The translations under genes and the position numbers were made by a program. Under the pieces are notes generated by a model. That model did no database searches. It saw nothing but the letters and a program-made list of their open reading frames with translations, and was not told where the DNA came from. This document shows positions 8,568 through 17,896 of a stretch of 64,000 nt of DNA, in pieces (within the stretch, counting starts at the first letter, position 1; the number at the start of each line of letters is the position of its first letter). Source of the stretch: an uncultured Nitrososphaerota archaeon (lineage in GTDB: Archaea > Thermoproteota > Nitrososphaeria > Nitrososphaerales > CADDZS01); contig CAWCYI010000004.1 of the NCBI GenBank assembly GCA_963799845.1, forward strand, positions 1,344,001-1,408,000, written 5' to 3'.

Positions 8568-10616
8568 CTACATAGTAAAAGTCCACGGAGCTGCGCTGCC
8601 GATATAGTGGTCGAGGAAGTATACCTCAGGGTCGGGCCGTCCCGTTCTTCCGTCTATCCTTGACGGCTGGTTCCACACCAGTCCCTGCTCAACGATGTTG
8701 TCCCACTCTTTCTTTGCGACTTCGAGCCACTTCCTGTCTCCAATCCGGTACCTGTATCCTGCCAGCCCGAAGACAAGGCGGGGCCACGAAGAGTACGACT
8801 GAACGCTCAGCTCCCAGATCTTCCCGTTTTCGTTAACGAGGTTCGGAGTGGCGTACTTGGATGCCTGCGCGTTCACCTTGTACTGCCACTCAAAGGCGGA
8901 ATCAATCTTATCTTTGGGTGCAATTGATTCGAGCTCAAGCACGTGCATCCACCACTCGCCAGTGAGCTGAGCCATGAACACGTATCCCGTTGGATCCGGA
9001 TCACCCCGCCATGCTTCGAAGTACCTTCCGTTGTAGAGATCTAGAAATGAACTTCTAGCCTTGGTCAAGAGTGCATTGTACCACTCTTGGTCCTTCGGAT
9101 TGTTCAAGATCTTTGCCGTTTCTCTTAGGGCGGTCAGGCATGCTACGAAAACAGATCCACAATAGCTGTCCTTTCCCTTGATTGCAGTTGCATCAAACCC
9201 CGCATCCGCCTGCCCCTCCGCATCTGGAATCCCGTCACCATCCTTGTCCTGCTTCAGGTCCCACTGCAGAGTCTTCAACATCGCGGGATACATCTCTCGG
9301 AGGAACTGGACGTCCTTCGTAAACTTGTAGTACCGGAACACGAGTAAGATGAATGACGGGCCCAGGTCCTTCCATCCCGGAGGCGAGGTCGTTCCGTCGG
9401 TTGCATGATCAAACGAGTTCAGTCCCAGGTCATGGGGAATGTACCCGTCCGGTCTCGCAGCTTTTGCAAGCAACCCGAGGAAGGTTTTCTCGAGCTGGGG
9501 GAACATGATAAGATGGGGGAGGGATCCGCCCTCGTGGCAAAATCCGGCAATTGTTCCGAGCATCGGGTCATTTTTGGTGGCCTCAAAAATTGCAAACCTC
9601 CCCTTTTCATCGAGCCATGTCGCCGCGAATAGTGTGTATGTAGTGTTGATTATGGCATCCTTCAACCAGTCCGGCAGGTCATTTTTTATGAGAGTTTTGT
9701 GCCACGCGCGGGATTGATCTCTGAGCCGGTCGTAGTTGGAGAGAAAGTGGCGCGCGAACTGTTCAGATCCGGTAAACTTGTTGTGGTAGTAGTGCCCGTA
9801 GGGATACAGCACGCAGCGCCCAGTAAAGTACCATGAAAAGACGTACTTCACTTCTTGCTCCTCCCGGTCATACCTGCAGACGATCACACCGGCAGGATCG
9901 TCCCACTGCCCTAAGACTTCATGAGGATCGTCGGTGGGGAGCGTTCCTCCCTTTGCAATTGACAGCCAGGGTTCCTCATTTTCAAATATGTACTTCCACA
10001 CTCTCTGGGAGATCGCGACACCCGGCGGCACGTTGAGGTTGTACTGCACGATTTTCTGAGACGGATTCTCCGCGATGAGGCACAGGTCTCCTTTCGCGCC
10101 GTCGTAATCGTTACACTGCCGGTTTACAAACGCGATACCACCCTCGACTGATTCATTCACCCTTCCGATCAGGTTCGTCCCGGTAATGTTTGAGACCGAG
10201 ACTGCGATCCTGCCGCTCTTGCTTCCCTTGACCCGCACGGATATTCCGAGAGCCGGCATCGAAGACTCGTCCAGGTTCCCCGGAATGAGTGACGAGAAGA
10301 CCTCCATCGTCGCTTCGATAGTTCCCTTCTTGGCTTTTAGAGTCGCAAACGGAAATTCTCCCCTGTACGACAGTTCGTCCGGTTCGTAATCGGAGAAGTT
10401 TTTCATTGGAAGAAATTTTTCAATGAAGAATGGCGCTCCGTCATCCGGAACCACAAACACGTGAAAAGCACGCATCTTCGGAGTCGGGCTCCCCCAGTTG
10501 TGTAAAATCGTAAGATTGGACATCTTGCCTTCGTTATCGATCTCTACCTTACCGGTTCCGATTCCGCCAAAGGGAACGCCGCCCTCTAGATTTGCGTTGG
10601 GTCCATATTCTACCAT
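8568..10616 (-). CDS. GH116 beta-glycosidase, paralogue 2
   Basis: GVPFGGIGTG, PHDLG, WKDLGP, DKDGDGIPD..GQADAGFD; collinear with 508-2553. Confidence 0.88.
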   Translation of the reverse strand: MVEYGPNANLEGGVPFGGIGTGKVEIDNEGKMSNLTILHNWGSPTPKMRAFHVFVVPDDGAPFFIEKFLPMKNFSDYEPDELSYRGEFPFATLKAKKGTIEATMEVFSSLIPGNLDESSMPALGISVRVKGSKSGRIAVSVSNITGTNLIGRVNESVEGGIAFVNRQCNDYDGAKGDLCLIAENPSQKIVQYNLNVPPGVAISQRVWKYIFENEEPWLSIAKGGTLPTDDPHEVLGQWDDPAGVIVCRYDREEQEVKYVFSWYFTGRCVLYPYGHYYHNKFTGSEQFARHFLSNYDRLRDQSRAWHKTLIKNDLPDWLKDAIINTTYTLFAATWLDEKGRFAIFEATKNDPMLGTIAGFCHEGGSLPHLIMFPQLEKTFLGLLAKAARPDGYIPHDLGLNSFDHATDGTTSPPGWKDLGPSFILLVFRYYKFTKDVQFLREMYPAMLKTLQWDLKQDKDGDGIPDAEGQADAGFDATAIKGKDSYCGSVFVACLTALRETAKILNNPKDQEWYNALLTKARSSFLDLYNGRYFEAWRGDPDPTGYVFMAQLTGEWWMHVLELESIAPKDKIDSAFEWQYKVNAQASKYATPNLVNENGKIWELSVQSYSSWPRLVFGLAGYRYRIGDRKWLEVAKKEWDNIVEQGLVWNQPSRIDGRTGRPDPEVYFLDHYIGSAAPWTFTM

Positions 10617-10724
10617 GGAAATTCGGAATTTTGTCCAGAATTAAAACCATTTAGTAGAAGGTAGGATCTCGAGCTAGCCTTCCTCTAAACCAATATATCT
10701 CATCCTTCTGGGAAGGCTCACAAA

Positions 10725-11870
10725 TTGAAGATCAAGGACATTTCCGTTCATCTCGTGAACGCGGTCTGGAGAAATTTCATCATTGTGAAAGTGACCTCCG
10801 ATGACGGAATCATCGGTTATGGCGAGGGGACGCTTGCAGATTTTGAGAGAACCATCGAGGCGGCGGTCTACGATTACAAACCGTTCCTGATCGGGAAGGA
10901 AATCAACATCCCGGAGATTACCCAGTTCCTTTTCAGGCACTTTTACTGGCGCGGCGGACCAATGCTGATGAGCGCGATAAGCGCAATCGAGCAGGCGCTC
11001 TGGGATATTCTCGGCAAATCCGTAAACCGGCCAGTATATTCTCTTCTAGGGGGGAAAGCAAACAACAGAATTAGGGCATACGCGAACGGCTTTATCTCGG
11101 GCAGCGCGACTCCCGAGGAATTTGGATCGGCCGCCGCAAAAGTAGTGAAGGAAGGCTACAACGCCGTGAAGTTTGACCCCTTTGGCGCCGCAGGCCCCAG
11201 GATAACCAAGGAAGAAATGATAACCGCGATCTCGCGGATCGAGGCGATCAGAAATGCCGTCGGCGAAAACCCGGACATCCTGATCGAGGCGCACGGCCGC
11301 TTTGATTCTACTACCGCGATCAGCATCGCCGCCGAATTGAAACGATTCTCGCCGCTCTGGTTTGAGGAGCCGGTGCCGGAGGACGACATCACCTCCATGG
11401 CCGAAGTAAAGGCAAAGTCACCAGTTCCAATTGCAACCGGCGAAAGGATCGTCACGAAATACAGGTTCCAGGAGCTTCTTGCGGCGAGAGCGGCTGACAT
11501 CATCCAGCCTGACGTGTGTCACATGGGCGGTATCCGTGCCATAGAAGAGGTTGCTTCGATGGCGGAGGTCAACTACATCCCGGTTGCCCCGCACAACCCC
11601 AATGGCCCGGTAGCGACCGCCGCAACGCTCAACGCCCTAATTGCCATGCCGAACGCGCTGATAATCGAGTACTGGGTGGATGCGCAGAAGGTCAGGCGCG
11701 ATCTGATAAAGGAGTACTTCGACGTGCGGGACGGCTACATTTATCCTTCGAGCAAGCCAGGCCTGGGGATTGGGGTCAACGAATCCGCGCTTGATAGGTA
11801 CCCATACAAGAAGCTGCATCTAGAATATTTCGGGAACGATTACAAGTACCACGACACTCGGAGCAAGTGA
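10725..11870 (+). CDS. Enolase-superfamily sugar-acid dehydratase (galactonate/gluconate dehydratase-like)
   Basis: KFDPFG, EAHGR, FEEP, TGER, QPD, APHN motifs. Confidence 0.88.
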   Translation: MKIKDISVHLVNAVWRNFIIVKVTSDDGIIGYGEGTLADFERTIEAAVYDYKPFLIGKEINIPEITQFLFRHFYWRGGPMLMSAISAIEQALWDILGKSVNRPVYSLLGGKANNRIRAYANGFISGSATPEEFGSAAAKVVKEGYNAVKFDPFGAAGPRITKEEMITAISRIEAIRNAVGENPDILIEAHGRFDSTTAISIAAELKRFSPLWFEEPVPEDDITSMAEVKAKSPVPIATGERIVTKYRFQELLAARAADIIQPDVCHMGGIRAIEEVASMAEVNYIPVAPHNPNGPVATAATLNALIAMPNALIIEYWVDAQKVRRDLIKEYFDVRDGYIYPSSKPGLGIGVNESALDRYPYKKLHLEYFGNDYKYHDTRSK

Positions 11871-11935
11871 ACTTTGGAAAATTAGGGCATTCCGGGCGTC
11901 GTTCCGCTTCTATATTCTTTTGGAGTCTTTAATTA

Positions 11936-12159
11936 CAAGTTCTCATTGATTCATTAAGAAAAAAATTTTTCTGCGTTTCACACACGCGAGCACTTTTTGG
12001 CCGAAGAGATACGTTCGAGCTCTGTTCAATGCGTTCAGCTCGTTTCAAGATCTGTAAGCTCAGAAGAGCTCGTTTCAAGCTATTACACAGAGAGGGCCCC
12101 CTAGGGAAGCTCCGCATCCGCGCGTTTAGAGCTGGACGGAGCTTAGAAAGCTCGAAACG
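11936..12159 (+). repeat. Dispersed repeat family 2, copy 1 (phased AGCT array with long inverted repeat)
   Basis: 11936-12079 aligns with the reverse complement of 44255-44397; 12041-12071 pairs imperfectly with 12129-12159. Confidence 0.8.
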
Positions 12160-12187
12160 TTGGGTCTAAGTTGAAAAACGGGATAAA

Positions 12188-13003
12188 TCAGATCGTTTGC
12201 AGCTGGATTTCCTGCGGATCAGCCTTTCTGCTGATCAGCCGCCCGCCATCAACCACAATCGTGTTGCCCGTCATGAACGAGTTGTTGTCGCTCGCAAGGA
12301 ACGCGAGCAGCTTCGCCATCTCCGACGGCCTGCCCATCCGGCCGAGGACCGACGCGGCCCTCGAATCGAGACCCTCCGGCATCGGTTCGTCCTTGATGTA
12401 AAAGGGGCCGGGCAAAACCGCAATCGCCTGGATCCCGTAGCGGCCCAGATCCACCGCCATGCTCCGCACCATCGAGATCAAACCGCCTTTGCACGTGGCG
12501 TATGCGATAGACCGTTCGAGCGGAGACTTTGCCTGTATTGCGCTGATGATTATTATCTTCCCCTTCTTCTTCTCCGCAATCATCCGTCCCGCGGCCCATC
12601 TCGACAGCAGGAACGGCGCGGTGAGGAGCAGGCTGAGCATCCTGTCCCACTCTTCAAGCTCGACGTTCAGGATGTCGTACCGGGAATTTCTCGCCGCGTT
12701 GCTGATCAAAACGTCAACCGAGCCAAAATTTTTGTCGAGCCAGTTCACCAGATCAATCACGTCCTTCCGGTCTTCGAGATCCGCCCTGTGGAAAGTGATC
12801 CCCTTGGAGTTTGACTGGATTCGCAGGCCCCTCTCTTCATCCCTGCCCGTGATGAGAACTCGAGTCCCCAATTTTGCAAAAAGTTTCGCCGTAGCTTCAC
12901 CCAGTCCTCTGGTACCGCCGGTAATTACACAGGTCTTGTTTTCTAGGTTGTCAAAGATTCTCTCGTCGGTCAAACTGTTGTTCACGATAATTTTTGCATT
13001 CAC
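12188..13003 (-). CDS. SDR family oxidoreductase
   Basis: [21 protein letters not shown]. Confidence 0.9.
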   Translation of the reverse strand: MNAKIIVNNSLTDERIFDNLENKTCVITGGTRGLGEATAKLFAKLGTRVLITGRDEERGLRIQSNSKGITFHRADLEDRKDVIDLVNWLDKNFGSVDVLISNAARNSRYDILNVELEEWDRMLSLLLTAPFLLSRWAAGRMIAEKKKGKIIIISAIQAKSPLERSIAYATCKGGLISMVRSMAVDLGRYGIQAIAVLPGPFYIKDEPMPEGLDSRAASVLGRMGRPSEMAKLLAFLASDNNSFMTGNTIVVDGGRLISRKADPQEIQLQTI

Positions 13004-13047
13004 AGCCTTGATATATAAGAATCAAAAATGTTCGCAGATTATCCGCT

Positions 13048-14289
13048 TTGAATAAGATCGATTCTGGAATCTTCGTGCATCCGTGGGATATAGTGCATGA
13101 GGGCGCGGAGCAGGTTCTGGAAACCATCTCCGATCTCGGAGTGTCAAGGATCAACCTCGCAACTTCCTACCACGCGGGGCGGTACATTCTACCGCGTGAT
13201 CCGGAGCAGAGAGTGTTCCACGCCGAGGAGGGCGTCGTCTATTTCAAGCCGGATATGGGCTACTTTGTACAATCTGTCCTGAAGCCGATCCGCTCGTCCA
13301 AGTTCGCTGATATCGATGTTGTCGAAATGGTGACTAGAGAATCGAAGAACTACAACCTCGGTGTCAACAGCTGGACCGTGACTTTACACAACTCCAATTT
13401 TGCAAAGAGCCACCCCGAGCTTGCGGTGGTGGACGCATTCGGCGACGTTGACCAGAATTTCATCTGCCCCAGCCACGAAGAGACGATTGAGTACGTGAAG
13501 GGGCTAGTGCAAAATCTCGCCGGGCAGTACGATCTGAATGCGATCCAGCTCGAGTCGATCGGGTACCCCTGGTCTCTGAAGCACAACGATCAGCATGAGA
13601 TATTCGGATCCCGACTGGAGCCCCTCGTTTCCGAATTGATCACCACGTGCTTTTGCGACAGCTGCACCGAGCTGATGGCAAAGTCAAACTTGGAACCGCA
13701 AGAAATGAGAAAGCTCGCCGTAAAGATTGTTGATACAAGCTTGGGGATGCCCTCGAACGTGATGCAGTCCGTTCCACCTGAGGAAATAATGCGGAACGCC
13801 TACGTCTTGTCTTCCGACATCGACCTCCTGCACGACCTCCTGGAATTCAAACACCAGTGCACGAACGAGACTCTTCAGCAGGTCAGAAACGCTCTAAAAG
13901 ATATCCGGAGCCGGAAGACGCAACTTCGTCTTTTGGCCCAGGGAGGATCGTCGATGGAGTTCTCGGTCGGAAGGGGTTGCGAGGGGATAAACTTGGGCAG
14001 CGCGAGCAAGATTCTGGACGGAATTGATCTCGTGACCTACGTCAAGGAGCCGGAGAACGTCTACTATCAAGTCCTCTGGACAAAGTTCGAGATCCAAGAG
14101 GCCTGCTCGCTGCATGCGTCACTCCGGATCAATTTTCCAATCACGACGAGCAGGGGAGCGCTTGAAGCGCAGATGAATGCTGCACTCGAAGCGGGCGCGA
14201 CTGGACTGGAGTTTTACAACTACGGCTGGACCAACATGAAGGGGCTGGAGTGGTTGAAGAAAAGTTTGAGCAACGTAGAAAATTTCTAG
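13048..14289 (+). CDS. Putative TIM-barrel glycoside-hydrolase-like protein
   Basis: HPWD, LATSYHAGR, WTVTLHN, ICPS, CFCDSC pattern typical of GHL-type hypothetical proteins. Confidence 0.55.
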   Translation: MNKIDSGIFVHPWDIVHEGAEQVLETISDLGVSRINLATSYHAGRYILPRDPEQRVFHAEEGVVYFKPDMGYFVQSVLKPIRSSKFADIDVVEMVTRESKNYNLGVNSWTVTLHNSNFAKSHPELAVVDAFGDVDQNFICPSHEETIEYVKGLVQNLAGQYDLNAIQLESIGYPWSLKHNDQHEIFGSRLEPLVSELITTCFCDSCTELMAKSNLEPQEMRKLAVKIVDTSLGMPSNVMQSVPPEEIMRNAYVLSSDIDLLHDLLEFKHQCTNETLQQVRNALKDIRSRKTQLRLLAQGGSSMEFSVGRGCEGINLGSASKILDGIDLVTYVKEPENVYYQVLWTKFEIQEACSLHASLRINFPITTSRGALEAQMNAALEAGATGLEFYNYGWTNMKGLEWLKKSLSNVENF

Positions 14290-15437
14290 CGAACGATTGA
14301 CCCGCCCTTCACGACGTGAACCGGCGCGATTATTTCGCCAGCTTTTTCGCTCTTCCCGTAAGAGTCAGTGAGCACCTTGGTCTTGTGCTGCAGCTTGAAT
14401 GCCACGACGTCAGTCTGAGTACCAATCTTGAGAGTTCCAAATTCTCCTATTTTCCCTAGGACAGAAGTAGGCTTCGAAGTCACCGCCTCGACCACCCTCT
14501 CAAGGCTCATGCCGAGGTGCAGGAATTTGGACATCGTCGTCGGAAGATCGTAGACCGGGCCGTTGACGTTCCCGACCCACAGATCGGTGCTGATCGTATC
14601 CGGCTCGAGACCTTCCTTCAGGGCAAGCCGAGCGACATCCCAGGAGAAGCTTCCCTTTCCGTGACCGACGTCGAGGACGACGCCCCGCTTTGCGGCCGAG
14701 AAAACTTCCGGATGGATCGTCTTGCAATCTTCGGTAATCCCGTCGTGCCTCTTGGTGATGCGATGGAGCGCGTAATGAAAGATGTGTGTTGCAATGTCAC
14801 CCTTTTTCAGATACTTGAGTGAGGTGGGAACGTGGCGGCTTTCGGCCATCACTTTGCATCCAAGCTCATCAGCAGTTTTTCTTGCAAGCTCCAGGAGATC
14901 CAGGCCGTGGTGAGCCCACTTTATTCCCAGAATGATCTGTTTGTTTTTTCGTATCGTTTTCTTGGTGTTTTCCAGATTCACGAACATCGGGGCCTGCGGC
15001 GAGTTCAGGAGCTGGGCCCACTCCTGGTCAGTATTTCCAGATGGAGAATCGATGAATTCAATCATCCCGAGCGACTCGATGTTGAGAAATGCAAGAATAC
15101 GGATGTTGCTTTTCTTGATTACGAAATCTCTGAAGGGTATAAAGTTCAGCTCGCCGCTTGAACCGGCATCCACTACCGTAGTAGTACCCTGCATCAGGCA
15201 GTTTTCTTCCGGGTCAATACTCAGACGGAGAACGTCGCGCGCCACGTGAGCGTGAATGTCGACAAAGCCCGGAGTCACGATCAGTCCTGAGGCGTCGATG
15301 ACTTTCAGGGCGTTCCCCGCGGAGATTCTATCTTCGATTTCTTCGATCTTTCCATTTGAGACGGCGATGTCTTTTTTCTCATGAATTCCTTGGAACGGGT
15401 CGAGAAGCGTTCCACCCCTGATGACGAGATCGTACAC
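14286..15437 (-). CDS. Amidohydrolase/deacetylase family metallohydrolase (dihydroorotase-like)
   Basis: PGFVDIHAH, GTTTVVDAGS, DVGHGKGSF, ISTD. Confidence 0.88.
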   Translation of the reverse strand: MYDLVIRGGTLLDPFQGIHEKKDIAVSNGKIEEIEDRISAGNALKVIDASGLIVTPGFVDIHAHVARDVLRLSIDPEENCLMQGTTTVVDAGSSGELNFIPFRDFVIKKSNIRILAFLNIESLGMIEFIDSPSGNTDQEWAQLLNSPQAPMFVNLENTKKTIRKNKQIILGIKWAHHGLDLLELARKTADELGCKVMAESRHVPTSLKYLKKGDIATHIFHYALHRITKRHDGITEDCKTIHPEVFSAAKRGVVLDVGHGKGSFSWDVARLALKEGLEPDTISTDLWVGNVNGPVYDLPTTMSKFLHLGMSLERVVEAVTSKPTSVLGKIGEFGTLKIGTQTDVVAFKLQHKTKVLTDSYGKSEKAGEIIAPVHVVKGGSIVR

Positions 15438-15521
15438 AATCGAACATTGGTTTTGCGGTAGGATTAAAATTGATCTTCTACGCGAAAGAATCTTGGATCA
15501 CAATCAGGTGTATCAGAAAAA

Positions 15522-16148
15522 ATGAAGCTCGCAGTTCTCGGCGCGACCGGTCTGACCGGCATGGAAATAATCAAGCAGTCCCTCGCTGGCGGGCATGAGA
15601 TCACGGCGGTCGCGCGAAATCCAACAAGGTTAGGAGAATTTCAGTCTAAACTAAGAGTGGTTCAGGGAGACGTTACTGACCCGAAGACCGTTGACGATGC
15701 AGTAGCTGGCACTGAGGCCGTCCTATCGGCGTTGGGACACGCAAAAGGTTCTCCCCCAGACCTCCTTTCAAAGTCGGCTTCAAACATTGTGACATCGATG
15801 CGCGCTCATGGAATAAAACGATTTGTAGGCTTGACGAACATCGCTGTTAAGGACGCGGGAGACAGTCCAAGACTGTACCATCGGTTTCTCCGGTTCTTGC
15901 TTAATCTAACTATGAGCGGGATGTGCAAGGACACGGCTGCTGAGGCAAGAATCATTTCTGAAAGCAGGCTTGAATGGACAATTGTCAGGGCAGTAATCTT
16001 GACTGACGGACCGGCGTCGGGAAAGTATCGAATAGGCATGCTCGATCATGGCGCTGGCACAAGAATTTCGCGCGCGGATGTTGCCAACTTTATGATTGCT
16101 TGTGCTGTCGGGTCACAGTACTTTAGAGCAAAACCGCTTATCAGTTAG
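15522..16148 (+). CDS. NAD(P)H-binding flavin/biliverdin reductase-like protein
   Basis: GATGLTG, WTIVR, ISRADVA. Confidence 0.85.
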   Translation: MKLAVLGATGLTGMEIIKQSLAGGHEITAVARNPTRLGEFQSKLRVVQGDVTDPKTVDDAVAGTEAVLSALGHAKGSPPDLLSKSASNIVTSMRAHGIKRFVGLTNIAVKDAGDSPRLYHRFLRFLLNLTMSGMCKDTAAEARIISESRLEWTIVRAVILTDGPASGKYRIGMLDHGAGTRISRADVANFMIACAVGSQYFRAKPLIS

Positions 16149-16207
16149 CGAACTGACGAAATACAGACCCTGCACTCGGCGTTCCCGCAGGGGACCAGCG
16201 GAGCAAT

Positions 16208-16435
16208 ATGCATATACCCATTCAGCTTCATACGTTGACTGGATTGTCTTCACCGCCAGACTCTACCCGATTGTTTCACTTTGCAGAATGCACGAACTGC
16301 CACCATCTCCTTCCGCTTTCTACTACAACTGAAAAGTACTTTGTAATTCTCGCCAAAGACCCTAGGAAGCCCACTGCGCTTGGGGAAAAATGCATGAGAT
16401 GCGGAGCTGACAGCTGGGTTCTCGCCAGAGACTAG
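16208..16435 (+). CDS. Small zinc-finger protein
   Basis: CTNC ... CMRC pair. Confidence 0.5.
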   Translation: MHIPIQLHTLTGLSSPPDSTRLFHFAECTNCHHLLPLSTTTEKYFVILAKDPRKPTALGEKCMRCGADSWVLARD

Positions 16436-16520
16436 TTTTCGTGGACTCACGATAATTGGGAAGGCCTTCCCATCAGGAAAATTGTTCTCACCCGGGAACG
16501 GAGAATTCTTGAGAACGCGC

Positions 16521-17456
16521 ATGGCTCTAGATCCAATTTTCATTTTTACAGACCCCGGGATAGATGATGCGCTCGCCATTGCGATGGCCACGAGTAGGAC
16601 GCTTGACCTTCGCATTATTGGTGCCTGTGGTGTGGATGGAAACGTACGAGCGAAACTCGCCGCTGCAAACTTGGCACGGCTATTCAAATTATTTGGCGCA
16701 AGTGATATTCCAGTTTTTCAGAGCAACATCGACGATCCGAAGCACGCTTATCCTTTTTCGGTTCACGGAAAAAATGGTCTGGGGAATGTAAAACTCGCGA
16801 AATCCTCATCACGCATCCGATTAAACTGCGTCGGTGATTTCTTGAAGACGAAGGGGCGGTTTCGAGTTTTGTCTCTGGGGCCACTGACCGCTGTAACCGA
16901 GTTAATCTCAAAGTCACCCGAGGTCACAAAACAGATTTCGGAGTGCGTGATAATGGGCGGGGGAATTGCGGGGGGTAACGTTACTCCGCATGCAGAGTTC
17001 AACATCTACAGCAACCCGAAAGCCGCAAACAGCATCTTTCAATCAAGTATCCCCAAAGTTCTAGTTCCCCTAGATATCACGGAAAAAGTATGTTTGTATT
17101 CTGAAGATTTGGAATTGTTGAAGAGATCCACGCGACAAGCCACGAGAAAGGTTGCACGGATGCTCGAATTTTACTTTGAGTTCCAGCGGAAGAAAAATGG
17201 ATTCTTCGGGGGATACATGCACGACCCCACGGCGCTGGTTGCGATGCTCAGACCAGAACTCTTCCGCTTCCGCCCGGCAGAGGTCCACGTTGATACGACC
17301 AAAAGAAAAACTCGTGGGAGAACGGTGGTAGAGTTCTCAAACGCCAAGCGCGCTAGCACAAAAGTTGCGATGAGCGTTAACGAAGATTCGGCGAGAGCAG
17401 TAATCATGAACGCCCTCACTAGGACTGTGATAGACGATTGCAAAGGGTTGATATGA
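16521..17456 (+). CDS. Nucleoside hydrolase (IU-NH family)
   Basis: TDPGIDDA, VHGKNGLG, AEFNIYSNP, MHDP. Confidence 0.92.
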   Translation: MALDPIFIFTDPGIDDALAIAMATSRTLDLRIIGACGVDGNVRAKLAAANLARLFKLFGASDIPVFQSNIDDPKHAYPFSVHGKNGLGNVKLAKSSSRIRLNCVGDFLKTKGRFRVLSLGPLTAVTELISKSPEVTKQISECVIMGGGIAGGNVTPHAEFNIYSNPKAANSIFQSSIPKVLVPLDITEKVCLYSEDLELLKRSTRQATRKVARMLEFYFEFQRKKNGFFGGYMHDPTALVAMLRPELFRFRPAEVHVDTTKRKTRGRTVVEFSNAKRASTKVAMSVNEDSARAVIMNALTRTVIDDCKGLI

Positions 17457-17478
17457 AAGTCCAAAAACGGAGACTATC

Positions 17479-17890
17479 ATGGCAGATCTATTTGAATTGA
17501 GCCGACGGTTTATCGATGCGGGCTTGAAGAAAGCAACGGAGCTGGGAGTGAAAGTTTCAATTGTAGTGGTCGATGTTCACGGAGACCTCATCATCCTTGA
17601 ACGGATGCGCGGAGCGGTTTCACTATCTCCAAAGATTGCGATGGGCAAAGCCTCGGCCTCGGCAATTTTCATGAGACCGACGGCTGAATTCGAGCAAAGG
17701 ATCCAGCAAAATTCGGCGTTCTGGGCTGGCGTTTCGTCGATGACGTCGGGTATCTCTCCTGTTCGGCAGGGGTGCCGTGCCGTTGAAGAAAGACGGGGAA
17801 TTTGTTGGAGCGATCGGAGTTAGTGGTGCGACTTCGGAACAAGATGAAATGATCGCGCATTTTGCGGCCGCCGAACTAGAAAAAGAGTAA
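17479..17890 (+). CDS. glcG: GlcG/HbpS heme-binding protein (frameshift near 17755)
   Basis: IVVVDVHG, IAMGKA; C-terminal FVGAIGVSGATSEQDE in another frame; upstream of malate synthase. Confidence 0.75.
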
Positions 17891-17896
17891 TGGGTT

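Noticed and set aside
12011-12090. Mini-CRISPR from GTTTCAAG repeats
   Set aside because: Units are about 10-30 bp with no unique spacers of constant length.
12197-13055. Long + strand ORFs overlapping the SDR gene
   Set aside because: Antisense shadows with no recognisable motifs.
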